64,000 nt of DNA from Thermomicrobiales bacterium (lineage in GTDB: Bacteria; Chloroflexota; Chloroflexia; Thermomicrobiales; UBA6265): the NCBI GenBank assembly GCA_042408955.1, contig JBHOQQ010000164.1:1138-65137 (forward strand). The letters run 5' to 3'. The notes under the pieces were generated by a model. That model worked only from the letters and a program-made list of their open reading frames with translations, did no database searches and was not told the DNA's origin. A program made the position numbers and the translations under genes. Shown here piece after piece: positions 54,229 through 62,924 of the stretch (the first letter of the stretch is position 1; each line of letters begins with the position of its first letter).

Positions 54229-55935
54229 ATGGAGGATGCCATGGTCACGACGCTCTTTTCGGCAGTTTCCGGGTCCGAGTTGGACCGGCATCTGCGCGCG
54301 ATCGCCCGGCAGGTGCGCTTGTCAGGCACACCGGAGGAAGCCGCGGCGTTTGATTACATCGAGCAGCAGCTTCAGCGCCTTGGCTTTGCTGTCCAGCGCT
54401 ACGAAAGCGATGCACTTATTGGCTACCCGAAACATGCCTCGCTGACGATCCTCGCTCCGGAATCGCTGACGCTCACGGCGAATGGGTATTCCCTCAGCCC
54501 GAGCACTGGTCCAGGTGGTATTGAAGCCGAGGTTGTCTCGGTCGGCGCAGGCATGCCGGCCGATTACGAGGGGCGGGACGTGCGGGGCAAGATCGTTCTC
54601 AGCGATGGGCTGGCTATGCCGGCCAAGGCGCTTGCGGCTCAGCGCGCTGGCGCGATCGGCCAGATCCACATCAATGACGAGCACATCCATGAGATGTGCA
54701 TCTCCCCCATCTGGGGAACGCCGGTGCCGGAAACTGCCGAACTCCTCCCGGCCATCCCCGCCGTGGGCATTACCCGTGCCGGCGGAGATCGCCTAAAGGA
54801 CCTGCTCAGCCGTGGCCCGGTCCGGGTGCGCCTGTGTAGTGAGACCTTCCGGCAATGGGTCAAGATCCCGACGCTGACCGCCGATCTGCCTGGCCAGGCC
54901 GAGGACAGCTTTGTCCTGTTCAGCGGCCATGTCGATTCCTGGCACTATGGCGCGATGGACAACGGCACCGCGAACGCCACGCAACTCGAAGTGGGGCGCC
55001 TGCTGGCCGAGCGGAAAGGCGCGCTGCGGCGTGGCATCCGGCTGGCGTTCTGGTCCGGACATTCCCATGGCCGATATGCTGGGTCAACCTGGTACGCCGA
55101 CTATGCCTGGCAAGACCTGCATGACCGTTGCGTCTGCCACGTCAACGTCGATTCGGTTGGAGCAATCGGTGCGACCGTCCTCGAAGAAGCGCCGAGCATG
55201 GCGGAAACGTATGCATTCGCTCGCCAGGTGCTGGCCGACACCGTGGGCGTGCATCTCGACTATCGCCGGATCAGCCGGTCGAGCGACCAGTCGTTTTGGG
55301 GGCATGGCATCCCGTCGGTTTTTGCGGCCCTTTCCGAGCAAGCTCGCGATGCCTCTGGCGTTGGTGCGGCGCTGGCGCAGCTCGTGGGAGCGGGTGGCAA
55401 GGGCGGCGGACTTGGCTGGTGGTGGCACACCACCGAGGACACCCTGGACAAGATCGATCCGCAGCATCTCGTGCGCGACGCCGGCATCTATGCTGAAACG
55501 CTGTGGCGGCTCTGCACGCTCGACCAGTTGCCGTTCGATCCGGCGGCCGGAGCCGAGGAGATGGCAACGGCGATCGCGTCGTACCACGAGCAAGCCCAGG
55601 GAGCGTTCGACCTGAGTGAGACTGCCGAACTGGCGCGGGCGACCGCGCGGGCGATCCGTGGCGCGCCAGCGCCAGCGAGCAGCGAGGCCGCGAACCGGCG
55701 CATTCGCGATCTGTGCCACCTGCTGATCCCCGTCAATTACACGCGCTCGGGACTCTTCGGGCACGACCTCGCGCTCGGAACGAAGCCGGTGCCTGGTCTG
55801 GCCGATGCCGCGCAGCTTGCTGCCCTTCCCCAAGGGGCCGATGCGTATTACTTCCTGCGAACGCGGCTCGTGCGCGAGCGCAACCGCGTCGAGCACGCGC
55901 TGCGGGAAGCGATGCGCCGTGCAGCCATCGGGTAG
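54229..55935 (+). CDS. M28-family metallopeptidase with PA domain
   Basis: 568 aa. PA-like insert (GKIVLSDGLAMPAKALAAQRAGAIGQI). M28 metal-ligand contexts FSGHVDSWHYGAMDNGTANA, FWSGHSHGRYAGS, HVNVDSVG. ATG 54241 is an alternative start. Confidence 0.8.
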   Translation: MEDAMVTTLFSAVSGSELDRHLRAIARQVRLSGTPEEAAAFDYIEQQLQRLGFAVQRYESDALIGYPKHASLTILAPESLTLTANGYSLSPSTGPGGIEAEVVSVGAGMPADYEGRDVRGKIVLSDGLAMPAKALAAQRAGAIGQIHINDEHIHEMCISPIWGTPVPETAELLPAIPAVGITRAGGDRLKDLLSRGPVRVRLCSETFRQWVKIPTLTADLPGQAEDSFVLFSGHVDSWHYGAMDNGTANATQLEVGRLLAERKGALRRGIRLAFWSGHSHGRYAGSTWYADYAWQDLHDRCVCHVNVDSVGAIGATVLEEAPSMAETYAFARQVLADTVGVHLDYRRISRSSDQSFWGHGIPSVFAALSEQARDASGVGAALAQLVGAGGKGGGLGWWWHTTEDTLDKIDPQHLVRDAGIYAETLWRLCTLDQLPFDPAAGAEEMATAIASYHEQAQGAFDLSETAELARATARAIRGAPAPASSEAANRRIRDLCHLLIPVNYTRSGLFGHDLALGTKPVPGLADAAQLAALPQGADAYYFLRTRLVRERNRVEHALREAMRRAAIG

Positions 55936-55939
55936 TTAT

Positions 55940-55957
55940 GGCCGGGAAGTCCCGGCC
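55940..55957 (+). terminator. Short GC hairpin right after the peptidase stop
   Basis: GGCCGGG-AAGT-CCCGGCC, 5 nt after the stop codon. No U-tract. Confidence 0.35.
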
Positions 55958-56055
55958 GCGGCAGGCGTCTACGCCAAGTACAGAGGGAAGCGGTGAAGAA
56001 GCGGCGAGCGCTGGGATGAATTGCGGCCGATGCCACGAATGCCATTCCTCCTCAC

Positions 56056-56508
56056 ATGAGCGTTGAGGGGAACCCGCCTGACCAAGCTGAGCGCGCCAGC
56101 GAGTCGCCGCGGGAGCGGATCGAACGTCTCGTTGCCGAGGGGAGAATGCCAGGCTCAGCGCTCGCGTTAGCCGAGGCGCTCTGGGAGGAGCGGTTGCGTG
56201 ACGGCGTGCAGCTACCGAACGGGGACGTGGTGCGGGTGACGCGCGACGATCTGTACCACGTGCTGGTGGACGATCGCATCTGGCGGCACCCGGAGAGGAT
56301 TGAGCTCGCCCTGACGCACGTCTTCGAAATGCGCGCACTGGAGCACGGCAATCGGCTGGCGTTCAGCCGGTGGATGGAGAATGATCGGGAGCGGCTCGCT
56401 GTCCTCGTTCTCTACCCCGACGAGACGCTTCGGATGCTGCATCTCATCGATGACCGGCGCTTGCGGCGGTATACTAGGAATGCAGGAGAGGTGCTATGGA
56501 GACGTTGA
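56056..56508 (+). CDS. Hypothetical protein (150 aa; possible toxin-like partner)
   Basis: ORF with conserved-looking core VVRVTRDDLYHVLVDDRIWRHPERIELALTHVFEMR. No SD at ATG 56056; ATG 56146 is an alternative. Its 3' end overlaps the next gene by 13 nt. Confidence 0.45.
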   Translation: MSVEGNPPDQAERASESPRERIERLVAEGRMPGSALALAEALWEERLRDGVQLPNGDVVRVTRDDLYHVLVDDRIWRHPERIELALTHVFEMRALEHGNRLAFSRWMENDRERLAVLVLYPDETLRMLHLIDDRRLRRYTRNAGEVLWRR

Positions 56509-56843
56509 GGACGAGTGCGACCTGGAGTCGCGATGCGGATCGCTATTGCCTGTGGGTAGATGACCTCGCGGGTGGCGCGTTTGTGCCAGACCCGCTGGAG
56601 GGCTACCCGCTGGCGTCCTTGCTTATGGAGCTCGATGCCGCTGAGCGAGAGACCGGCCGTATCGCCGGCTTTGAAGTGCTCGGATTTTTGGAATTCGACC
56701 GCTGGGATGCCCTGCCGAAGCTCGATGTGCTTTGGCAGCTTCCAGGGCGGCAGCCGCTGCCGCTCGAGGAGCTCCTGAGGCGGGAACAGGAGCGGCTCCG
56801 CCAGGAGATGTCCGCGCAAGCACGCAACGCCAGCGCCGCTTGA
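56496..56843 (+). CDS. Hypothetical protein, DUF2283-like
   Basis: ATWSRDADRYCLWVDD...LLMELDAAERETGRIAGFEVLGFLEF resembles the DUF2283 pattern (YD.e.D.lyi.l ... vD.d..G.ivGiEil). Good SD AGGAGAGG before the ATG. Confidence 0.5.
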   Translation: METLRTSATWSRDADRYCLWVDDLAGGAFVPDPLEGYPLASLLMELDAAERETGRIAGFEVLGFLEFDRWDALPKLDVLWQLPGRQPLPLEELLRREQERLRQEMSAQARNASAA

Positions 56844-57074
56844 TAGACTCCGTTCGTCACACCCGGCGAGCAAAACGTTCCCCTGTGCTCGCAATCCGGC
56901 TCGGCAAGGCTGGTGCCTGGGTCCAAGCCATCTAGCCACCGAACGTCAACCCAAATCCAAACGCAGCAACACCTCTCCACTGCACGGACGGCATGCACGA
57001 ACCACGGCTGCATGCCGCTGGCTTGCAGTTCGCAGCGGGAGCGCCTGCCGCCTTTGTGACTCGTTCCGGTTGCC

Positions 57075-57551
57075 TTACTTGGAGAGTTGGCCTCGTACCG
57101 CCCCGGTCGGAAAGTCGGTCGTATGAACGTTGACGTAGTACGCCGCGGGATCCTGCCGGATCGCTTTGATCAGATCCGGGTCGGCGCTCGCGCAGCCGCT
57201 GGAAATGCCGCTGGCGTCCGGAGCGGACAGAGGAACGACGACCGGTCCAGCAACGCCGGCCGGCGCAACATGAATGTGCGCGGCGATTGCAGGCAACGTA
57301 ATGTCGCTGACCGAGATTTCCCAGCAGACCTCACCCTGACCCTGGTTGAGTGTGATCACCGCCGACCCGGTACCATCGGGATCGCCCGGTCCAGGCACCT
57401 CGGCAGCGCCGGTGAGGATCGCCGTCAGTGGCCGTCCGCCGTGGTCGGAGCCTGCCAGTCGCTCGGCGCCCGCGGAGTGCGCCATGATCGCAAATCCGCC
57501 GAGCGATAGGCTGAGCACGAGAGCAATAAGCACAGATCGCCGCTGGAACAT
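57075..57551 (-). CDS. CHRD domain protein, secreted
   Basis: Signal peptide MFQRRSVLIALVLSLSLGGFAIMAHSAGA. CHRD pattern LTGAAEVPGPGDPDGTGSAVITL...AAHIHVAPAGVAGPVVV...YYVNVHTTDFPTGAVRGQL. ATG 57551 after AGGAGG; the track start is 57731. Confidence 0.8.
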   Translation of the reverse strand: MFQRRSVLIALVLSLSLGGFAIMAHSAGAERLAGSDHGGRPLTAILTGAAEVPGPGDPDGTGSAVITLNQGQGEVCWEISVSDITLPAIAAHIHVAPAGVAGPVVVPLSAPDASGISSGCASADPDLIKAIRQDPAAYYVNVHTTDFPTGAVRGQLSK

Positions 57552-57834
57552 GGGCCGACCTCCTGTGAAACTCCTGCCGGCCCACTGCCACGACAGCACG
57601 GCTTTCCGGCAAGCGTGTGACATGCCGCGTCCGCTGAGGCTTACTTTCCTTACGTGAAGCGCGGGGTTTTGGATGGTGGCCGAAGCCAGCGACTGACCCA
57701 TGCTGGCCGCGTCCGTCCAGTTGGTGAGCAAAAGTGGACGGCTGGCCCCGTCGCCGAGACCAGCCGTTGCTAGAAGCTTCGTCGCGCGTATGACCCGGTG
57801 GCTCCAATTCGCCGCGCGCCGCCGGACACGGGCT

Positions 57835-58773
57835 TTATCGTGCGGCAGCCGCCTGCGCGGGCACGGGTAAGGGGGACATCACTGTGTTGGGATCGAGCCG
57901 GCGCAGCATGTCGAGCCCGATCTTCGCCCGGCGCAGTCGCTCCCGCGTGAGCGCCACCGCCGTTGCCTCCAAGTGTGTTCCGCTCGGGTAAATGTTTGGC
58001 GCGTTCCGGAGCCCGAACTTCAGATAGACCGGCGCGGCGACGCGGACGATTTCGGCAATTTCATAATGCCGCACGAAGCCGCCGACATCGTCGGGTACTT
58101 CCACATAGATGTCGAGCGGCATCGTCGTCGCCGCGCGAATGGCCGCGAGCTGTGCCAGCGACAGATCGGTGGGCACGTTGAACGTGGTCAGGCCGTTGCG
58201 CTCCAGCAGCGCGATCGAGGCGGGGTTGCTCGCGCCGAGCATCACCGAGCCTTTCAGGATGAGGTTTGCGGGTAGCTCCCCGGCGCGCTTCATCTCGTTC
58301 AGGACCCAGAGCAAGCCTTCGTCGGTGATGAGCACGCTGGTGATGCCATGCTCGCAAGCGCGCTTGACATCCTCGACGGCCTGAACGATCTGCTCCATGC
58401 CGCGCGCCTTCGGCGCCACGATTCGGCCCGCCGGCGAATAGGCCATCGCGCCCGTGTCCCAACCCGCCCGCGGACCGACAAAGAGGCTGATTTCGATACC
58501 GCGCTCCCGTCCCAAGGCCGCCATCTCATCGAGCTCACTATCGGTCAGCAGCATGACGCCACTGCCTTGGCTGACCCGATGCACCGGCACACCGAACTCA
58601 TCGGCCGCGGCGTAGACCATCCGCAATGCGGCCGGTCCTTCCACCGACGGGATCTCGACGCGCCATTGTCCGCCATCCGGAAATCGTAAGGGAGACGACG
58701 GAAGTTCGTGCAAATCACCTTCCGGCAGACCCAGTCGCTTGACGAATTGCCGCGTGTCACTCATGCCGCTCAT
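57835..58773 (-). CDS. Conserved-looking hypothetical protein (312 aa), family not recognised
   Basis: Alternating beta/alpha-like pattern (GITSVLITDEGLLWVLNEMKRAG..., MPLDIYVEVPDD..., APVYLKFGLRNAP). Last gene of a tightly packed four-gene minus-strand operon. Confidence 0.55.
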   Translation of the reverse strand: MSGMSDTRQFVKRLGLPEGDLHELPSSPLRFPDGGQWRVEIPSVEGPAALRMVYAAADEFGVPVHRVSQGSGVMLLTDSELDEMAALGRERGIEISLFVGPRAGWDTGAMAYSPAGRIVAPKARGMEQIVQAVEDVKRACEHGITSVLITDEGLLWVLNEMKRAGELPANLILKGSVMLGASNPASIALLERNGLTTFNVPTDLSLAQLAAIRAATTMPLDIYVEVPDDVGGFVRHYEIAEIVRVAAPVYLKFGLRNAPNIYPSGTHLEATAVALTRERLRRAKIGLDMLRRLDPNTVMSPLPVPAQAAAAR

Positions 58774-58805
58774 GCGTTACCTCCCGCTCGCTACCCATCG
58801 TTCGA

Positions 58806-59828
58806 TCATGGAGTGGTGGCCTCACCGTGATTATTGCTGCCCAGCCCGCGAAGGATCGCTTTGGCCTCCCGTGCGATCTCTTCGACGATCGCCGCGGCAG
58901 GTTGCACGCGCCGCGCGAGCCCAACGCCCTGTCCGGCGTATAAACACATCGCCTCAATGTCGCCAGTGGCGCCCACGACTGGCGCGGTGGAGTCGTAACG
59001 CGGCACAGGCTGGCCAAGCTCGTTGTGCGCAATCGTCTCACCTTCACCTGGCCGGTGGCCGGGTGCTGGCCGCCCGGCGGCTTCCCAAGCCATGACGGTG
59101 GTGTTGCGCAGTGCGCGAAGCGGGGCATCTGGCCAGCCTCCGTCGAAAAGCGTGCCATAGACGGTGCTGGTCTCACCGGCGGCGATGAGCCGCTCCTGGT
59201 AGATGGGGTGGGTAGCTGCCTCCTCCGCTAGCAAAAAGCGTGTGCCGATCCAGGCCCCCGCTGCCCCGAGCGCGAGCGCGGCGGCCAGCCCGCGGCCATC
59301 GGCGATACCGCCCGCGGCAATCACGGGCACTGGCGCCACTGCGTCGACGACATGGGGAACAAGCGCCAGCGTGCCTACCTGTCCCCAAACATGACCGCCT
59401 GCCTCCCAACCCTGGGCGACGACGACGTCGACCCCGCTGTCCACCGCACGCCTGGCTTCGTCCGCGCTGCCCACCGTGTGGAAGACCAGCGCGCCGGCAT
59501 CGTGCACGAGGCGCACATACGGTGCGGGATCGCCCCAGAAGAACGAGACGATGCGCACGCCCTCCTCCAAAGCGATCTCCAGTCGCTCTTGCGGATCCCA
59601 GGCCAGGACGAGATTGACTCCGAATGGCCGGCTGGTCAGGCCCCGCGTCTCGCGCAGGAGTGCCCGGAGCCGATCTAGATCCCGCCAGGTGATCGACAGC
59701 ATGCCCAGTGCGCCCGCGTTGCTCACGGCCGCGGCAAGGGCCGGTGTCGAGATTCCGCCGATTGGTGCCTGCACAATGGGAACGGTCAGGCCAAGCAGGC
59801 GAGTGAAGGCCGTTTGGACGCTTTCCAT
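58806..59828 (-). CDS. Nitronate monooxygenase family flavoprotein (NMO/FabK-like)
   Basis: PIVQAPIGGISTPALAAAVSNAGALGML and VIAAGGIADGRGLAAALALGAAGAWIGTRFL. Confidence 0.85.
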   Translation of the reverse strand: MESVQTAFTRLLGLTVPIVQAPIGGISTPALAAAVSNAGALGMLSITWRDLDRLRALLRETRGLTSRPFGVNLVLAWDPQERLEIALEEGVRIVSFFWGDPAPYVRLVHDAGALVFHTVGSADEARRAVDSGVDVVVAQGWEAGGHVWGQVGTLALVPHVVDAVAPVPVIAAGGIADGRGLAAALALGAAGAWIGTRFLLAEEAATHPIYQERLIAAGETSTVYGTLFDGGWPDAPLRALRNTTVMAWEAAGRPAPGHRPGEGETIAHNELGQPVPRYDSTAPVVGATGDIEAMCLYAGQGVGLARRVQPAAAIVEEIAREAKAILRGLGSNNHGEATTP

Positions 59829-59838
59829 GGGCGACTAC

Positions 59839-60261
59839 CTACTGGGTCGATGTCGCTGGCATGCGCTGCCGCCACAACCATTGCACGTAGTCCCAGGCGA
59901 CGAGATAGTGCAAGCCCCACAATACCAGCAGCACCATGGCGTTGAGCCAGGAGCCTGCGGCCCAAAGTCCGAGTATTCCGAGTCCGATGAGCAACCATTC
60001 GATGAGCAAGCGAATTGGGCCTGGCGCGGGAGCGATGGCTCTTGGGCCAGCGCCGTCGCTTGGGGTGCGGAACACGGCCCAGGCGGCGCCCCCAAGGAGC
60101 GGGAACAAGAAGGCCAGCACTGTGCCTCCGATGCCACCATGGCCAATGCGCCATCCTGACCAGCCGAAGGCTGAGAGGGTGGCGATCTCTAGGGCGAAGC
60201 GAATCGCCAGGTGCATTGGTGACTGGCGGGGAGCGCCAGCGTGGCGACGGGCCTGGCTCAT
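59839..60261 (-). CDS. Small membrane protein, DUF2568/YrdB-like
   Basis: 140 aa, 4 spans (LAIRFALEIATLSAFGWSGW..., IRLLIEWLLIGLGILGLWAAG...). 4-nt overlap with the upstream KAS gene. Confidence 0.6.
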   Translation of the reverse strand: MSQARRHAGAPRQSPMHLAIRFALEIATLSAFGWSGWRIGHGGIGGTVLAFLFPLLGGAAWAVFRTPSDGAGPRAIAPAPGPIRLLIEWLLIGLGILGLWAAGSWLNAMVLLVLWGLHYLVAWDYVQWLWRQRMPATSTQ

Positions 60262-61637
60262 TGCGGCGCCCGTCCGAGCACTAAGCAGGCGTTTTGCCCG
60301 CCCAGGCCAAACGAATGCTTCGTCATCACCTCAAAGCTTGCATCCCGCGGCGTGCCATGCACGATATCAAGACCGATAGCGGGATCGGGAGTGCGATAGT
60401 TGCGGGTTGGCGGGATGCGTTGCTCGGCGATGGTATAGACCGCAAGAACGGATTCGATAGAGCCGGCCGCGCCCATGCAATGTCCTAAGGCCCCTTTGAG
60501 CGACGTGACCGGTATCTGGGCTGCCCGCTCACCAAACACCGCTTTGATCGCGGCTGCTTCGGCTGGATCGCCGACCGGGGTTGACGCGGCGTGCGCCTGA
60601 ATATGTCCCACGCGGCCCGGGTCAACGCCGCCGTCCGCGAGCGCGGCGCGGATCGCGCGGGCGGCTCCGGCTCCTTCCGGGTGCGGGGCGATGGGATGGT
60701 AGGCGTCGTTGGTAGAGGCGAAGCCGAGAATTTCCGCGTAAATGCGCGCCCCCCGCCGGAGGGCGTGTTCGAGTTCTTCGAGCACCATCACTCCGGCCCC
60801 TTCGCCGAGAACAAACCCGGAGCGATGGAGATCGAACGGGCGGCTCGCTTCCTCAGGGCGGTCGTTGGCATCAACGGCGAGGGCTTTCATGACTTCAAAG
60901 GCGGCGATGAACATCGGGTGACTATCCGATTCGACGGCGCCAGCTACCATAAACGGGGCTTTGCCGTACTTGATCACGTGGAATGCTTCCCCAATTGCCT
61001 GGGAGCCGGTCGCGCAGGCAGTGACGACCGTGTTGCTTGGGCCGTGCAGTCCGAACCGCCAGTGCACCGAATACGCGGCGAGATTATGAGGAAACTTCAC
61101 GTGCAAATGTGGGGGAACGCGGCTCAATCCTTTGTCGAGAAATCCCTGGTAGGCGGGAAGAAGGTCGTCGTGCGTTCCGCCGACGCAGGTTCCGATGATG
61201 ACGCCGCCAGCCTCAAGGTCTTGGGTTGGTGCCAAGTCCGCTCCAAGCAGGCCCGCATCGATCAGGGCTTCGCCAGCAGCCTCGACGGTCCAGCGCGCAA
61301 AACGGGACGTGTTCCTGGCGGTCTTCGGATCGAGGAACCGGTTGGGCACACACGCATCGTCAACGTCGCCGCGCACGAGGCATGGATGCACAGCCGGATC
61401 CAGGTTCGCTGCCCGGCGAAGCCCGCTTTCGCCGGCGAGGATGCGCCGCCACGTTTCTGGGGCGCTTGGCGCGAGCGACGTGATGGCGCCTAAGCCGGTC
61501 ACCACGACGCGCCGTGGTTGCACTGGCGACGGTCCGCCATTGAGGCTCGCGGCGCAATGCATGCAGAATCGGGCAACGGACGGATTGGATTGCCCACAGT
61601 GTGGGCATTGCCGGCTGTGATCGGTTCTCTCACTCAT
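60258..61637 (-). CDS. Beta-ketoacyl-ACP synthase II (FabF-like) with an N-terminal zinc-ribbon
   Basis: CPHCGQSNPSVARFCMHCA (nt 61554-61607), then RRVVVTGLGAITS, active-site VVTACATGSQAIGEA, HAHAASTPVGD, GHCMGAAG (Cys-His-His triad). ATG 61637; the track start is 61772. Confidence 0.85.
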   Translation of the reverse strand: MSERTDHSRQCPHCGQSNPSVARFCMHCAASLNGGPSPVQPRRVVVTGLGAITSLAPSAPETWRRILAGESGLRRAANLDPAVHPCLVRGDVDDACVPNRFLDPKTARNTSRFARWTVEAAGEALIDAGLLGADLAPTQDLEAGGVIIGTCVGGTHDDLLPAYQGFLDKGLSRVPPHLHVKFPHNLAAYSVHWRFGLHGPSNTVVTACATGSQAIGEAFHVIKYGKAPFMVAGAVESDSHPMFIAAFEVMKALAVDANDRPEEASRPFDLHRSGFVLGEGAGVMVLEELEHALRRGARIYAEILGFASTNDAYHPIAPHPEGAGAARAIRAALADGGVDPGRVGHIQAHAASTPVGDPAEAAAIKAVFGERAAQIPVTSLKGALGHCMGAAGSIESVLAVYTIAEQRIPPTRNYRTPDPAIGLDIVHGTPRDASFEVMTKHSFGLGGQNACLVLGRAPQ

Positions 61638-61940
61638 CAGAATCCCCTGTAACCAGGCCGGCCGGGCGCGCGGATGCCGGTGATGCGCGTTCGCAGTCGT
61701 CCCGAGCCGTGACCTTTGGTACGACTCAGCGAAGTATAACGGGCACGCGAGGGTGGCTGGTCTCGCAGCCAAGCGCGGCGTCTCCTCAGTACTAGCCCAA
61801 TCGTCTTGATCGAACTTGGACTGGGGTCATATCCGAAAGGGTGGAGACCGCGGCCGCCATAGCCTAGAAGTGAGATGTCTGCCTGGGCGCCACGTCTTGG
61901 TTGGCGGGCAGTTCGTACTGAGGCTCAAGGAGACCCCGCA

Positions 61941-62696
61941 ATGCTCAAGCGCAGGATCATGATTGTCGATGACCACCCGCTGTTTCGGGCCGGACTCCGG
62001 CGGGTCTTGGAGCAAGATCCCCGGCTGCAGGTGGTGGCGGAGGCCGCAAATGGTCATGACGCGCTGCACAAGGCTGATATGTATAAGCCGGCGCTGGTGA
62101 TCATGGATGTGCAGCTTCCGGGAGTCACCGGGCTGCACGTAGCGTCGGCGCTGCGTCGGGAGCGGCCGAATACGGCGATCATCTTCCTCTCGATGCACGT
62201 TGATGACGACCGGCTCTTTGCGGCGATCCGGGTAGGGGCTGCCGCGTTCCTCACCAAAGACCTTGACCCGGCGAAGATTCTCGACACGGTCCACGCGGTG
62301 CTACGTGGCGAGAACCAGCTTCACCAGGCGGTGCTGGCCAACCCCAATCTGGCTCGGCGGGTGCTCGGTGAGTTTCGCTCGTTGAGTGAAGGGCAGGCGC
62401 CGGGCGCGCCAGAGGTTACCCTTTCGCCCAGAGAATTGGAGGTACTCGATTGCCTGGTTATGGGCCATTCCAACAAGGAGATTGGTGACGCGCTGTTCAT
62501 CACCGAGCAGACGGTCAAGAACCATATGACCTCGGTGTTGCGCAAGTTGCAGGTTGATGACCGTGTCGCTGCGCTGCGCTATGCCGTGCAAAAGGGGTGG
62601 GCGGAGATTGGTCCCCAGCCCTACGCCGCGGTTGACCGGGCAGTTGCCAGCAAAGGGATACCGGCTGATTCTTCTGGCTCAAGCGCCTCGGCCTAG
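61941..62696 (+). CDS. NarL/LuxR-family response regulator
   Basis: Receiver RIMIVDDHPLFRAGL...PALVIMDVQLPGVTGL. LuxR HTH LSPRELEVLDCLVMGHSNKEIGDALFITEQTVKNHMTSVLRKL. ATG 61941 after AAGGAG. No histidine kinase in the window. Confidence 0.85.
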   Translation: MLKRRIMIVDDHPLFRAGLRRVLEQDPRLQVVAEAANGHDALHKADMYKPALVIMDVQLPGVTGLHVASALRRERPNTAIIFLSMHVDDDRLFAAIRVGAAAFLTKDLDPAKILDTVHAVLRGENQLHQAVLANPNLARRVLGEFRSLSEGQAPGAPEVTLSPRELEVLDCLVMGHSNKEIGDALFITEQTVKNHMTSVLRKLQVDDRVAALRYAVQKGWAEIGPQPYAAVDRAVASKGIPADSSGSSASA

Positions 62697-62866
62697 CCGG
62701 GATTGTTGACGGGCGTCTGTCCTCCCGGCGCGGAAACTGCGGTGGCACGGGTCGAAAGAGGTGGCCTCAAGACCTGTCCTCTCGCCGCGCTCGGGCCATG
62801 ACTCAAGCAGACAATCCGCATCGCGCGGGGATTTTCGCCCCGCGCTTCCGGGTCGCAAGAGGTGAT

Positions 62867-62901
62867 CCGAGCAGGCCGCTCATGTGCAGGGGCCTGCTCG
62901 G
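62867..62901. terminator. 11-bp GC hairpin between convergent genes
   Basis: CCGAGCAGGCC, 13-nt loop, GGCCTGCTCGG. It lies 24 nt beyond the stop of the minus-strand molybdoenzyme gene. A second hairpin, GCGCGGGG-ATTTTCG-CCCCGCGC, is at 62823-62845. Confidence 0.4.
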
Positions 62902-62924
62902 TGATTGCAATGCGCGTCAGATAG

